NCBI GenBank assembly: GCA_934101685.1
Contig: CAKORZ010000001.1
Coordinates: 1 to 51,757 of the forward strand
Length of the DNA stretch: 51,757 nt
DNA from: an uncultured Bacilli bacterium
Lineage (GTDB): Bacteria > Bacillota_I > Bacilli_A > RFN20 > DUOF01
Reading direction: 5' to 3'
Under the pieces are notes generated by a model. It had not been told where the DNA came from and searched no databases. It saw only the letters and a program-made list of their open reading frames with translations. Positions within the stretch are counted from its first letter, which is position 1; each line of letters opens with the position of its first letter. Position numbers and translations under genes: made by a program. Below are positions 25,537 through 36,900 of the stretch, piece by piece.

Positions 25537-26256
25537 ATGAAATATAAACGCGTTTTAGTAAAACTAAGTGGCGAAGCTATGATGGGTCAAAATAAATCTA
25601 GTAAAGTACTAGATAAAGATGTCATGTTTGAAGTCGGTAAACAAATCAAAGAATTAAAAGATTCTGGGGTTGAAGTAGGAATAGTTATTGGTGGTGGCAA
25701 TATTTTTAGAGGAAAATATTGTGAAGAATTATCAATAAAAAGAGCACCTGCTGATTACATGGGAATGGTAGCTACAATTTTTAACTCTTTAGCATTTAAA
25801 GCTGTATTAGATGCTTTAGAAGTAGAAAATGTTGTTATGAGTGCAATATACATAAATCAAGTATGCGAACCTTACTATCACTTAAAAGCTTTAAGACACT
25901 TGCAAAAGAAAAAAGTTGTAATATTTGCAGGTGGAACTGGTAACCCTTATTTTTCTACAGACACTGCTGCTGCATTACGTGCTAGTGAAATAGGTGCTGA
26001 TGTAATCTTAATGGCCAAAAATGGAGTAGATGGTGTATATAACAAAGATCCTAGAAAATATAGTGATGCTACTATGTTTGATAAAATAACATTTGATGAA
26101 GTTCTACAAAAAAAATTAGAAGTAGTAGATTTAAATGCAATTAATTTATGTCAAAGCAATAAAATTAATTTAATTATCTTTAATATGGATAAGAAAAATG
26201 CTATAATTGACGTTGTCAAAGGTAAAAAGATTGGTACCTTTGTAGGAGAGGAATAA
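25537..26256 (+). CDS. pyrH: UMP kinase
   Basis: KRVLVKLSGEAMMG, VGIVIGGGNIFRG, and FAGGTGNPYFSTDTAAALRA. Confidence 0.97.
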   Translation: MKYKRVLVKLSGEAMMGQNKSSKVLDKDVMFEVGKQIKELKDSGVEVGIVIGGGNIFRGKYCEELSIKRAPADYMGMVATIFNSLAFKAVLDALEVENVVMSAIYINQVCEPYYHLKALRHLQKKKVVIFAGGTGNPYFSTDTAAALRASEIGADVILMAKNGVDGVYNKDPRKYSDATMFDKITFDEVLQKKLEVVDLNAINLCQSNKINLIIFNMDKKNAIIDVVKGKKIGTFVGEE

Positions 26257-26260
26257 ATAT

Positions 26261-26806
26261 ATGGATAATTTAATTGAATTAACAAAAAGTAAAATGTCAA
26301 AATCAGTTGAATCATATGAAAGTGAATTAGCAACAGTAAGAACAGGAGTTGCAAGTGCTAGCATACTTGATAGAATTGAAGTTATGTATTATGGATTCAA
26401 AACTCCATTAAATCAAGTTGCATCAATATCTGTACCAGAGCCTAGAATGCTTATGATTAAGCCTTATGAAAAGAACACTTTAAAAGATATCGAAAAAGCA
26501 ATAGTTGAAGCAAACATTGGCTTAACCCCTAATAATGATGGTTCTTTAATAAGAATTATAATTCCTGCTTTAACAGAGGAAAGAAGAAAAGAACTTTGCA
26601 AACAAGTATCAAGATATGCTGAAGATGCTAAAGTTTCTATTAGAAATATTAGACGTGATGCTAATGATACTATTAAAAAGAACAAAGAAGCTTCTGAAGA
26701 CACTAAAAAAGGTTTAGAAAACGATGTTCAAAAATTAACTGATGAATTCACTAAAAAAATTGATTCAATAGCAAAAGACAAAGAAAAAGATATAATGAGT
26801 ATTTAA
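26261..26806 (+). CDS. frr: Ribosome recycling factor
   Basis: LATVRTGVASASILDRIEVMYYG, IPALTEERRKEL, and VSIRNIRRDAND. Confidence 0.97.
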   Translation: MDNLIELTKSKMSKSVESYESELATVRTGVASASILDRIEVMYYGFKTPLNQVASISVPEPRMLMIKPYEKNTLKDIEKAIVEANIGLTPNNDGSLIRIIIPALTEERRKELCKQVSRYAEDAKVSIRNIRRDANDTIKKNKEASEDTKKGLENDVQKLTDEFTKKIDSIAKDKEKDIMSI

Positions 26807-26835
26807 TAAATATCTTTAATAATTCATATAATGTA

Positions 26836-26866
26836 AAGGAGTAGTAATTACTCCTTTTATTTTTCT
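26836..26866 (+). terminator. Rho-independent terminator after frr
   Basis: aaggagta-gtaat-tactcctt followed by ttatttttc. Confidence 0.7.
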
Positions 26867-26954
26867 TATATTTATATAAGAAAATAAATACCTAATTTTA
26901 ATATTAATAAAAGTTTATTTATGATATTATAAGAAGTAGGCTGGAGGCATGAAT

Positions 26955-27794
26955 ATGAAAAATAGAATAATAACAGGTTTATTAATAGGAATAGTAGTTA
27001 TACCACTAATGTTACTTGGTGGGATACCTTATTTAGTTGGTATATTATTACTTCTTGGGGGAGTTGCTTATGAAGTAAGCGGCATGAAAAAGAATAATAT
27101 TTGGATTAGAATTTTAACAATTGTTCTAATAATGGGTACTGCTTTATACAATTATTTCCATTTAGACGATATATCTTTATTATTCTTATTTCTTCCTATA
27201 TTCTTATATTATACAATTGCATTATGGTATGAGCCATTTGACTTTAAAGAAGCTACATTTCTAAGTTTATTTGCTATTTTAATGAACTTATATAGTAGAA
27301 GTGCTTTATATGTTAGAAATATAAATGGTAACGCTAATGCTTTAGTATTTGTTGTTATAACTACTTGTGCAGTTGATGTATTTGCTTTATTTACAGGAAT
27401 AAAATTTGGAAAGCACAAATTAAATCCTCGTATTTCTCCAAAAAAATCTATTGAAGGATCAATTGGTGGAATAATATTTGCTCTTATATTTGCATTTGCA
27501 TTTAGTTACTTCTTCCCTATTTTTGAAGTAGAAGGAACTACAAACTTTTTAAATTTAGCTTTTAATAGTAGTTATAAATTAGTTGAGCCTTTTAAAGTTA
27601 TTTTAATAACTCTATGTTTAACTATAATAGGCCAAATTGGAGATTTAGTATTTAGCATGATCAAAAGAAACTATGAAATAAAAGATTTTGGTAATTTATT
27701 ACCTGGTCATGGTGGTTTAACTGATAGAATAGATAGTTTATGTTTTAATACTATTTTCTTTCAAATAATATTTATGGCTTTATTATCATTATAA
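26955..27794 (+). CDS. cdsA: Phosphatidate cytidylyltransferase (CDP-diglyceride synthase)
   Basis: C-terminal signature [28 protein letters not shown] in a polytopic protein. The ATG at 26955 is better spaced from GGAGG than the ATG at 26949. Confidence 0.9.
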   Translation: MKNRIITGLLIGIVVIPLMLLGGIPYLVGILLLLGGVAYEVSGMKKNNIWIRILTIVLIMGTALYNYFHLDDISLLFLFLPIFLYYTIALWYEPFDFKEATFLSLFAILMNLYSRSALYVRNINGNANALVFVVITTCAVDVFALFTGIKFGKHKLNPRISPKKSIEGSIGGIIFALIFAFAFSYFFPIFEVEGTTNFLNLAFNSSYKLVEPFKVILITLCLTIIGQIGDLVFSMIKRNYEIKDFGNLLPGHGGLTDRIDSLCFNTIFFQIIFMALLSL

Positions 27795-27814
27795 TATAAA
27801 GAAAGGATGTTTAT

Positions 27815-28930
27815 ATGTTCATATTAAATCTATTATTATTTTTAATTGCTTTATCATTATTAGTCTTTGTTCACGAATTAGGACATTTCTTGTTTGCTAA
27901 ACTATTTGGCGTATATTGTATAGAATTTTCTTTAGGAATGGGTCCTTTAGTAACTAGTAAAAAGTTTAAGAAAGATAAAGAAACTACTTATTCTATACGT
28001 TGTCTACCAATTGGTGGTTATGTAGCAATGGCTGGAGAAGCTGTTGAAGACCCAAAAGAGCAAGAATTAAATATTCCTTATGAAAGAACAATAAATGGTG
28101 TAAAAGCTTGGAAAAGAGCTATTATCACTGTTGCTGGAGTTACTTTCAACTTTATATTTGCAATTATCTTAATAGCAATTTATATTTTTGGAAGTGGTGT
28201 CAGCACTAACGATAATAGAATACGAGTAGAAAACAACTCTATTGTATACAATGCTGGTATAAGAACTGGAGATAGAATATTAGAAGTAAAAAATAATGTA
28301 ATTAAAACTAATGGAACAATTACTTATAGTTCATGTTTAGAAGGATGCTCAATAAATAAAATAAGTGATTTAGTAGAAATAGTTAATAAAGATATTCCAA
28401 ATGAAGAAAATGAAACTCAAGAATTAACTATTACTTATATGCAAAATAATGAAACAAAAACTACAACTATATCAAGAAGTTATAATTTAGAAAATAAAAA
28501 AGCTGATGTATTTGGTTTAAGTGTTATGTTAAAAACTCCAGGATTCTTTAAAGGATTAAAATTAACTTTCCAAACATTTGGAGAAATTATTGTACTTATG
28601 TTTAAAGCATTAGGTTCTCTATTTACTAAAGAAGGAATTAGCCAAGTTGGTGGCCCTGTTCAAGTTTATGCTGTATCAGCACAAATGGCTAGCCAAGGAT
28701 TCTTATCTTATATTTGGTTCTTAGCAATTATTTCTGTAAATTTAGGATTCTTCAATTTATTACCTATTCCTGGATTAGATGGTGCTAGATTCTATTTATC
28801 AATAGGTGAAACAATTACAAATAAAAAATTCAATCCTAAAATTGAAAGTTATATAAATATGATAGGTATGTTCTTATTATTTGGAATAATGATTTTAGTT
28901 ACAATAAAAGATGTAATAACCTTGTTTTAA
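27815..28930 (+). CDS. rseP: RIP (site-2) zinc metalloprotease RseP/RasP
   Basis: HELGHFLFAK zinc motif, a PDZ-like middle region (AGIRTGDRILEV), and a C-terminal NLLPIPGLDG motif. Confidence 0.9.
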   Translation: MFILNLLLFLIALSLLVFVHELGHFLFAKLFGVYCIEFSLGMGPLVTSKKFKKDKETTYSIRCLPIGGYVAMAGEAVEDPKEQELNIPYERTINGVKAWKRAIITVAGVTFNFIFAIILIAIYIFGSGVSTNDNRIRVENNSIVYNAGIRTGDRILEVKNNVIKTNGTITYSSCLEGCSINKISDLVEIVNKDIPNEENETQELTITYMQNNETKTTTISRSYNLENKKADVFGLSVMLKTPGFFKGLKLTFQTFGEIIVLMFKALGSLFTKEGISQVGGPVQVYAVSAQMASQGFLSYIWFLAIISVNLGFFNLLPIPGLDGARFYLSIGETITNKKFNPKIESYINMIGMFLLFGIMILVTIKDVITLF

Positions 28931-28945
28931 TTGGTGGTGATAGTA

Positions 28946-31900
28946 GTGGATGTAAAATTAAAGGACTTTTTATCAAATTTAAAATTAACAGATTATGAAA
29001 TAAATTTATTTAATGATGCAAAATTAACTAACGCTACATATATTACATCTGTAAAAAAGTTTGTTATTGACTTGTCTTTTGATAAACTAGCAGATCCTAA
29101 TATATATTTTGTAATACAAAAAATTCAAAGCAATAAGCAATACAATTTTAATATAAACATAATTCAACATGAAACTTTAATGAATAGCACTTATTTAAAA
29201 GAAATATTCACTAAAGTAGTACTAGTTAAGTATTCTAATATAGCAATGATACAATCAATAAAAGATATTGATATAGAAATTGTTAATAACAGAATTAATT
29301 TTAACTTCAAAAGCGAAATGCAAAAAGATTCTTTCTTAGTATACAAAAAAGAATTTCAAAATATTTATAATTGTTTAGGGGCTAATAAGATACTAGAATT
29401 TGCAGTTGATAAAACTTCTAGTATTGATATAAGTAAGGAATTTGAAAATGAAGTAAATCAAATTGTAAAAAATTCTATGCCTAGTGAAACACCTAAAGGA
29501 ATAGTTAGGAATTATAATGATGCACCTAAAAAATCATTTATAGAGCATGATGCTGAAGATGTAGAAATATACTCACTTAAGCAAAATGATAAAAATGTCT
29601 ATGTTACCGGTAAGATATTTGCTTTAGAAGATAAAGAATACAATAATAGACTTATAATGAGCTACTATATTACTGATTATAATGATTCAATAAGTGTTAA
29701 ATGTTTTGAAAACAACCGTTTAACAAAAGAATTATTAAGAGGATTTAAAGTTGGAGATTGGGTTAGAGTAAAAGGTAATGTTACTTATGATAACTATGAA
29801 AAAGAAGATGTATTAACTGCCTCTACAATTGAAAAAGTAGAAGTTGATGAAAAAATATATGATACAGCAGAAGTAAAAAGAGTAGAATTGCATACACATA
29901 CTAAAATGTCAAATATGGATGGTGTAGTGGATGCTAGTGAATATATTAAGCAAGCCCTTGAATGGGGTCATAAAGCAATTGCTATTACTGATCATGGCGT
30001 AGTTCAGGCTTATCCAGATGCTAATAATGCTTCAAAAGGAAAAGATATAAAAGTAATATATGGTATGGAAGCTTATGTTATAGAGGAACACTTTAGACAC
30101 ATAATGAATCCAAGTGATGTTGATTTACAAACTGCTACTTATGTATCTTTCGACTTAGAAACTACAGGATTATCTTCTAGAATGGAAGAAATAATTGAAA
30201 TTGGTGCTGTAAAGATGAAAAATGGTATGCAAGAAGATTCATTTCAAACATTTGTTAACCCAGGAAAACCATTAAGTGCTTTTACAACACAACTAACTAA
30301 TATAACTAATGATATGGTAAAAGATGCTCCTCCTCTTGAAGAAGCAATAAGAAAATTTCTAGAGTTTTCTAAAGGATGTATATTAGTAGCCCACAATGGT
30401 ATATTCGATGTTTCTTTCGTAAAAGAAGCAATAAATAAACTAGGTTTCCCTAAATTAACTAATCCAGTAATAGATACTTTACCATTATCTAGATTTTTAT
30501 ATAGTGAGCACAGATCTCATACATTAGGAAGTATTGCTCGTCGTTTCAATATTGAGTATGATGAAGAAGTAGCCCACCGTGCCGATTATGATGCTCAAGT
30601 ACTTGCAAATGTATTTGAAGTTATGTTAAACGAATTAACTACTAAAAGAGGCATAAAAACTCATGCAGAGATAGAAACATTACAAGATCCTACTAATTTA
30701 AAGAAAAGACCTTTTCATGTTACTATACTAGTAAAAAATCAAGATGGAATAAAAGACTTATATAAATTAGTATCTAAATCATGTCTTGAATATTATCATG
30801 AAATTCCTTTAATACCTAGAAAGGTATTAGAAGAATATAGAAAGAATTTCTTGCTTGGTAGTTGTTGTTATAATGGAGAAGTATTTGAAATTGCATCTAC
30901 TAGAAACCATGAAGATTTATTAGAAACAGCTTCCTTCTATGACTTTTTAGAAGTACAACCACTAGATAACTATTCATACTTGATCGATACAGGTTCAGTT
31001 GATAGTGTAGAAACACTAAAAAAAATAATTAATTTTATTATACAAGCTGGAAAAGAACTAAATATTCCAGTTGTAGCAACAAGTGATGCACACTATGTTA
31101 CACCTAAGCAAAAAATATTTAGAGATGTTTATATAACTGCACAAGCAATTGGTGGAAAGCACCACCCTCTATATGACTTTAAAAAGAGAGTAAAAGAAAA
31201 TCCAAATCAACATTTAAGAACAACAAATGAAATGCTAGAAGCTTTTAATTTTTTAGATAAAGATTTAGCTTATGAAATAGTAGTAACAAATACAAATATG
31301 ATTGCGGATTCTATCGATAAAGTTGCTCCATTAAAAGATGGAACATATTCGCCTAGAATTCCTAATGATAAGGAAGAATTAAATAGAATATGTTGGGAAA
31401 CTGCTCATAAATTATATGGTGAAAATATTCCAGATATAGTTGAGAAAAGAGTAGAAAAAGAATTAAATAGTATCATTGGTAATGGATTCGCCGTAATGTA
31501 TTACATAGCCCATAAATTAGTTAAAAAATCAAATGATGATGGATATGTAGTTGGATCAAGAGGTTCAGTTGGATCTTCTCTAGTTGCCCATTTTACAGGA
31601 ATTACTGAAGTTAATGCCCTTCCTCCACATTATATATGCGATAATTGTAAACATTGCGAATTTGATAATTTACCTGAGAACACCTATAGCGGTTATGACT
31701 TACCAGATAAGACATGTCCAGAATGTGGTATGTTAATGCGTGGTGAAGGACATAACATAATGTTTGAAACATTCTTAGGATTCAAAGGAGATAAAGTTCC
31801 AGATATAGATTTAAACTTCTCTGGCGACTATCAACCACGAGCTCATGAATACACAAAAGTATTATTCGGTAAAGATAATGTATATAGAGCAGGTACAATT

Positions 31901-33259
31901 GGTACAGTAGCAGAAAAAACAGCTTATGGTTATGTAAAAGGTTATTATGAAGAATTAGGAAAAGAAAATGAAGTAAGAAAAGCTGAAATGAGAAGATTAG
32001 CAATGGGGTGTGAAGGTGTCAAACGTACAACTGGTCAACACCCAGGGGGTATTATCGTTATCCCTAACTACATGGATGTCTATGATTTCACACCTATTCA
32101 ATACCCAGCTGATGCACTAGATGCTGATTGGCGAACAACACACTTTGATTTCCATGCAATACATGATAACGTATTAAAACTAGACATTCTAGGACACGTA
32201 GACCCTACTGCCTTAAGAATGTTAGCAGATATAACTGATGTTAATCCAAAAGATATAGATTGCAGTGATAAAAAAGTTATTTCTTTATTTACAACTTGTG
32301 AAGCTTTAGGAGTAACTAAAGAAGATATTCTAAATGAAAATGGTGTCGTAGGTATTCCTGAATTTGGTACTAACTTTGTAAGAAAAATGGTATTGGAATG
32401 TAGACCTCAAAGTTTTGCTGAATTAGTTCAAATATCTGGATTATCTCATGGTACCGACGTGTGGAATAATAATGCACAAGAATTAATAAATAACAAAACA
32501 TGTAAACTAATGGAAGTTATAGGATGCCGTGATGATATCATGGTTTACCTTATAAAATGCGGATTAGAACCATCAATTTCATTTAAAATAATGGAAGCTG
32601 TTCGTAAAGGAAAAGGATTGTCCCCAGAGTTTGAAGAAGAAATGGTTAAACACAATGTTCCTGATTGGTATATTGCTTCATGTAAGAAGATAAAATACTT
32701 GTTCCCTAAGGCTCACGCTGTTGCTTATGTTACAATGGCAATGAGAGTAGCGTGGTATAAAGTATATAGGCCTTTAGAGTACTATGCAGTTTACTTCTCT
32801 ACTAGATGTGATGCTTATGATATAGAAACCATGATACAAGGTAAAGAAGCAATAAAAGCTAAGTTCTTGGATATACAAGCTAGAAAAGCAAATTATAATA
32901 CTGCTAGAGATGTAACTAATAAAGAAGAAAGTTTATTGATTACTCTTGAAAGTGCAATTGAAATGACTGCTAGAGGATTTAAATTTGCTAATATAGATTT
33001 GTATAGATCACACTACAAAAACTTTGTAGTAGATCATGAAACCAATTCTCTTATTCCTCCTTTTAGTGCAGTAGATGGATTAGGTGAAGCTGCTGCTAAG
33101 TCAGTTGTAGAGGCTCGTGAAAATGGAGAATTCTTGTCAATTGAAGACTTAACTGCAAGAACACAACTAAATGGTACTAATATAAAAGTATTAGAAAAAT
33201 TAGGAGTATTAAAGGATATGCAACCTAAAAACCAATTAGAGTTAGATTTATTCTCATAA
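28946..33259 (+). CDS. polC: DNA polymerase III alpha subunit, PolC type
   Basis: PHP domain (VELHTHTKMSNMDG), DEDDh exonuclease (VSFDLETTGL, VAHNGIFDVSF, HRADYDA), a Zn-finger (CDNCKHCEF...CPECG) and a polymerase core (HPGGIIV, DFHAIHDNVLKLDILGH). The likely start is the GTG at 28946, after GGTGGTGA. The track ORF opens at the TTG at 28931. Confidence 0.97.
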   Translation: MDVKLKDFLSNLKLTDYEINLFNDAKLTNATYITSVKKFVIDLSFDKLADPNIYFVIQKIQSNKQYNFNINIIQHETLMNSTYLKEIFTKVVLVKYSNIAMIQSIKDIDIEIVNNRINFNFKSEMQKDSFLVYKKEFQNIYNCLGANKILEFAVDKTSSIDISKEFENEVNQIVKNSMPSETPKGIVRNYNDAPKKSFIEHDAEDVEIYSLKQNDKNVYVTGKIFALEDKEYNNRLIMSYYITDYNDSISVKCFENNRLTKELLRGFKVGDWVRVKGNVTYDNYEKEDVLTASTIEKVEVDEKIYDTAEVKRVELHTHTKMSNMDGVVDASEYIKQALEWGHKAIAITDHGVVQAYPDANNASKGKDIKVIYGMEAYVIEEHFRHIMNPSDVDLQTATYVSFDLETTGLSSRMEEIIEIGAVKMKNGMQEDSFQTFVNPGKPLSAFTTQLTNITNDMVKDAPPLEEAIRKFLEFSKGCILVAHNGIFDVSFVKEAINKLGFPKLTNPVIDTLPLSRFLYSEHRSHTLGSIARRFNIEYDEEVAHRADYDAQVLANVFEVMLNELTTKRGIKTHAEIETLQDPTNLKKRPFHVTILVKNQDGIKDLYKLVSKSCLEYYHEIPLIPRKVLEEYRKNFLLGSCCYNGEVFEIASTRNHEDLLETASFYDFLEVQPLDNYSYLIDTGSVDSVETLKKIINFIIQAGKELNIPVVATSDAHYVTPKQKIFRDVYITAQAIGGKHHPLYDFKKRVKENPNQHLRTTNEMLEAFNFLDKDLAYEIVVTNTNMIADSIDKVAPLKDGTYSPRIPNDKEELNRICWETAHKLYGENIPDIVEKRVEKELNSIIGNGFAVMYYIAHKLVKKSNDDGYVVGSRGSVGSSLVAHFTGITEVNALPPHYICDNCKHCEFDNLPENTYSGYDLPDKTCPECGMLMRGEGHNIMFETFLGFKGDKVPDIDLNFSGDYQPRAHEYTKVLFGKDNVYRAGTIGTVAEKTAYGYVKGYYEELGKENEVRKAEMRRLAMGCEGVKRTTGQHPGGIIVIPNYMDVYDFTPIQYPADALDADWRTTHFDFHAIHDNVLKLDILGHVDPTALRMLADITDVNPKDIDCSDKKVISLFTTCEALGVTKEDILNENGVVGIPEFGTNFVRKMVLECRPQSFAELVQISGLSHGTDVWNNNAQELINNKTCKLMEVIGCRDDIMVYLIKCGLEPSISFKIMEAVRKGKGLSPEFEEEMVKHNVPDWYIASCKKIKYLFPKAHAVAYVTMAMRVAWYKVYRPLEYYAVYFSTRCDAYDIETMIQGKEAIKAKFLDIQARKANYNTARDVTNKEESLLITLESAIEMTARGFKFANIDLYRSHYKNFVVDHETNSLIPPFSAVDGLGEAAAKSVVEARENGEFLSIEDLTARTQLNGTNIKVLEKLGVLKDMQPKNQLELDLFS

Positions 33260-33271
33260 TATTACAAAATA

Positions 33272-33312
33272 AAAACTCTTATGATTCAAATTATTTTCAT
33301 AAGAGTTTTTTT
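33272..33312. terminator. Strong bidirectional rho-independent terminator between polC and the convergent 197-aa gene
   Basis: A 13-bp perfect stem aaaactcttatga / tcataagagtttt with a 12-nt loop. A-rich upstream and a T-run downstream. Confidence 0.85.
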
Positions 33313-33328
33313 ATTAATTACAAATTAA

Positions 33329-33922
33329 TTATTTTTTACTTTTTACATTCATTAATGCTTCTGCTCTTTTAGCGTTATATTCATCTTTAGTTATCATACC
33401 TTCTTTTAATAAATTAGCTAATTCTTCTAACTTTTTATTAAGTTCTGCAGTATTTTCTATTTTAATTTTACCTTGAACTCCATTAATTGGTTTAAAATTA
33501 GATAAATAACATTTTGTGCCAACTTTTACTAACGAATATTTAACTAATAATTGAGCATCAACTTCACTATAAGGTACATAACCTTTTTTCTTTAATAGTT
33601 TAGAAACAACTACTCTAGGGGTAATAAAGCACATTAATAAATGGACAAATGCAAGCACTCCTAATGTGATAAAATAATGTTTGCCTGGAACCTTCAAAAA
33701 CTCCACATACTTAGCATTAATTCCTATGTTAACAAACAATTTTGCGAGATATATGCCACATTGCTTCCATATTGCAAAAACATATATTAATGCAAGAACT
33801 AAAAATCTTAGAAACATTTTATAATACAAATAATAAAATGGTCCAAATATTAAATACTGCCATGAAAAAATTAAAGATAAATTTTTACTTTCTCCACTTC
33901 TTTTTACTAATTTTGCCTTCAT
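33329..33922 (-). CDS. Membrane protein with a DUF2628-like N-terminal region and a C-terminal SHOCT-like motif
   Basis: FSWQYLIFGPFYYLYYKMF (DUF2628-like) plus 3-4 hydrophobic segments. The C-terminal LEELANLLKEGMITKDEYNAKRAEAL is a SHOCT-type motif. Its ATG lies 1 nt after the stop of the upstream 1101-aa gene. Confidence 0.7.
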   Translation of the reverse strand: MKAKLVKRSGESKNLSLIFSWQYLIFGPFYYLYYKMFLRFLVLALIYVFAIWKQCGIYLAKLFVNIGINAKYVEFLKVPGKHYFITLGVLAFVHLLMCFITPRVVVSKLLKKKGYVPYSEVDAQLLVKYSLVKVGTKCYLSNFKPINGVQGKIKIENTAELNKKLEELANLLKEGMITKDEYNAKRAEALMNVKSKK

Positions 33923-33923
33923 T

Positions 33924-36900
33924 TTAATTACCCCCTAACTCTTGTACCCATGTAGCTTTAATTACTATTTCTCCATTTTCGTTTACATAAGCAATAAATT
34001 CGCCAATTTTTATGCTTGCTGAATATACATTAGTAGAAGATGATTTAACAGGAGTATCATTTCCTTTTCTAACTTTATCATCAGTTAAACACTTTCTTCC
34101 ATTTCCAAGCCCTAAAAAAGTATTATTTCTATCATATTCATATTTTTCTTCATCATCATTACCACATTTTTGCTGTGGTGTATCTTTTACAGTTGTAGTA
34201 AAATACAAATTTTCTTCTTGCTTTATAGATTCATCAACCTTAAATTTATAATCACCTGCAATAAATTCAATAACATTAGCAAATTCAATATTTGCATTAA
34301 CATCTTTAACACCTTCTGAAATATCATTTTTAATATCATTAATATTATCTTTAAAAGTTTTATAAGTAGCTGCCTGTAGAGAAGATTTTTTTCTTTCTGC
34401 TATTAGTTTAATAGTATATGTCATTTCTCCAGTTTCATCATCACCAACTGATAAATCAATTGAATATATATTTTTTATAACTTTTTCAGTTATAGAATCA
34501 ACTTCTATGAAATAGTATTTTGTATTTTTTTGTGAAGATTTAATCAAATGACCACTCATAGTTTTAGCACTTTCACCATCATTATAATTAATCTCAATTA
34601 ACTCATCAGATGATGATACATTTTCGAAATTCACATTATTAATAGTATAATCTTTAACTTCATCTTTCAAATTAAAATTGTCTTTTATAAATTGATTAAT
34701 TTTATATGAAACCTGGCTTCTATACGCTGTCATAAAGGACAATTTACTATTTTGTATTTGTTCTATAGTTTTTTCAGCCATTTCCTTAGTAAAATCAACT
34801 GATAAAATAGGTTTACTTATACTATATGAATTTAACGATAACCTAATTGTCTTTGGACTATTTGTGTATGAAGAATCAAAATAACAAAACTCGTTGTTCG
34901 CAACGCCATTATATAAGTTCTTTTCATATTCAAGTGTAATGCAATATTTTGCTTCATTAATATAAAGAGTTCTTGCATTAGTATTAGAAGTATGATATGT
35001 GTCTATTTTTATTCCATTACTAGTAGTAACTATCTTGTTTTGATAAACTATTTCTCTAGCTGCTAACAATCCCCAAATTCTAACAATTTCTACTATATAC
35101 TCAGGCGTTGTTGCTCCAGAAATAAAATCTACTAGCTGATGATCTCTAAAATACATTATTATAGGCATTCCAGCAAGATTTAATTCATTAGCTTCTTCTT
35201 TATTAGCATAATAATACAATGGAATATTTAGAGAATCTTTTTCGTTTCTTTTTCCATTTTCATCTGTGTATACGCACTTACCAATGTCATTATCAAAATC
35301 ACCTATAGAACAATAATTCAATGAAATATTTTTACCATTATCCTTTTCTCTTTCAATATTATATGTGTATACAGGTATAGATATTTGAATTTCTTGTAGC
35401 ATTTTTTTCATTGTTGCTTTATATGTTTTACAATAATTGTCTTCACTTGCCCCAATTCCTCTCATATAAGCTTTATCTTTTAATCCTGATATAAGAGTAG
35501 CAATACCTACACCAATAGCTATTAATCCAGCAATAGCTGCTAAAACCATAGCAGCAATTCTTGCACCAGGAACAGGTGTTATAGCAGTAAAGGTTGCTAA
35601 TTTACCAATAACAGAAGCAATAGTCAATCCTATAACAGCACCAGTAACAACAGCAGCTCCTGTAACAGCAACCGCTATTCCAATACCTATTTTTAAATTA
35701 GCTAGAGCATTAAACATGGCAGCTGCAATAGTTTGACTAGGGCAACTATCCATCAATGCCATTTGTTCTAAGACATTAGAAAACCCTAGCATATCTTCTG
35801 CACCTCTTGTAGTAATTTCATCAGAAGTGCCTCTATCAAAGATAAATCCTTCAGCAGTAACTAATAGCAAATAATCTCCAACTTTATCTTCATCATTTCC
35901 TTTAGTTAATTTCAATGTTGTATCATAATCAATCTCTTGAAGATCATCATAAGTTCTACCAGTTACTAAATTTTTTAATCCAGATACATTTGTAACAGAA
36001 TTGTATCTATCAAATAGTCCAACAGAAAATTTAATATTAAAAGACTCTTGTTTAGCATATTCATTAAAGTTTTCTAGCATTTCAATAGTAGAATATATAA
36101 AACTATACTTATCGCTTTCATCAACATTACTGCTATTTTTCTTATTTTTTGCTTCACTCTTTAATGCAGATATACTTTTTCCATAGTCAGCAATAAGAGC
36201 ACGCTCTATAAGCTCATATGAAGTTTTCAACCTATCACATCCAACTTTTCCTTGTAAAGATACATCAGTATGAATTGATACAATATCTTGTTTTATTACA
36301 TCATATTTTGCTTGATTAGGATTTTCTATAAAATCTTTAATAGCTGATTCTTTATAGCCATATCCACCTAATGATTCATCGCCTGTTAAAGTTGAAATAT
36401 ATGATTTAGCAAGGCTAGGATAATCAAAACTTCCTACATTTCCTACACTATAATAGCAATTATCAAATGAATTAGCCACGCTAGATCCATCATAATTAAC
36501 TATATCATCATAAGTAAAATATCCCTCAACTGAATATGCACCAAAGAATATAACCATCCCGCCTGTTTTAGAATCAGCGAATGGCAATTTAGAATATTCT
36601 GTTCCATCTTTACTAGTATATGTAATTTTTTTACTATTAGTTAATATTCTATTACAAAAATCACTAGAATTTAATCCAGACCCTAAATTTACTAGTTTAT
36701 CACATGTAAATCTACTACCATTATCTAAATCGAATTTAGCCGTAGTAAATTTTGAAGCTTTTGTAAGGAAATTGTCATCTTTCTTCATGTTTTCAAACCA
36801 CGAAAGTAGTTGCTCATTAGTTGTATAATATGTCAAAGCTTTATATTCAGGATTGATAAAAGCTCCTCTACTATCATCATATTGTAATAATCCTGCTTGA

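Noticed and set aside
26865-26880. Near-palindrome cttatatttatataag just after the frr terminator.
   Set aside because: The arms are pure AT-rich 7-mers with only a 2-nt centre, so no hairpin is possible. This is expected by chance at this base composition.
28931-28945. TTG at 28931, immediately after the rseP stop, as the polC start (as in the ORF track).
   Set aside because: A GGTGGTGA Shine-Dalgarno lies at 28933-28940, which is inside the proposed extension. It is correctly spaced for the GTG at 28946, so the extension is probably untranslated. This is not verifiable without N-terminal data.
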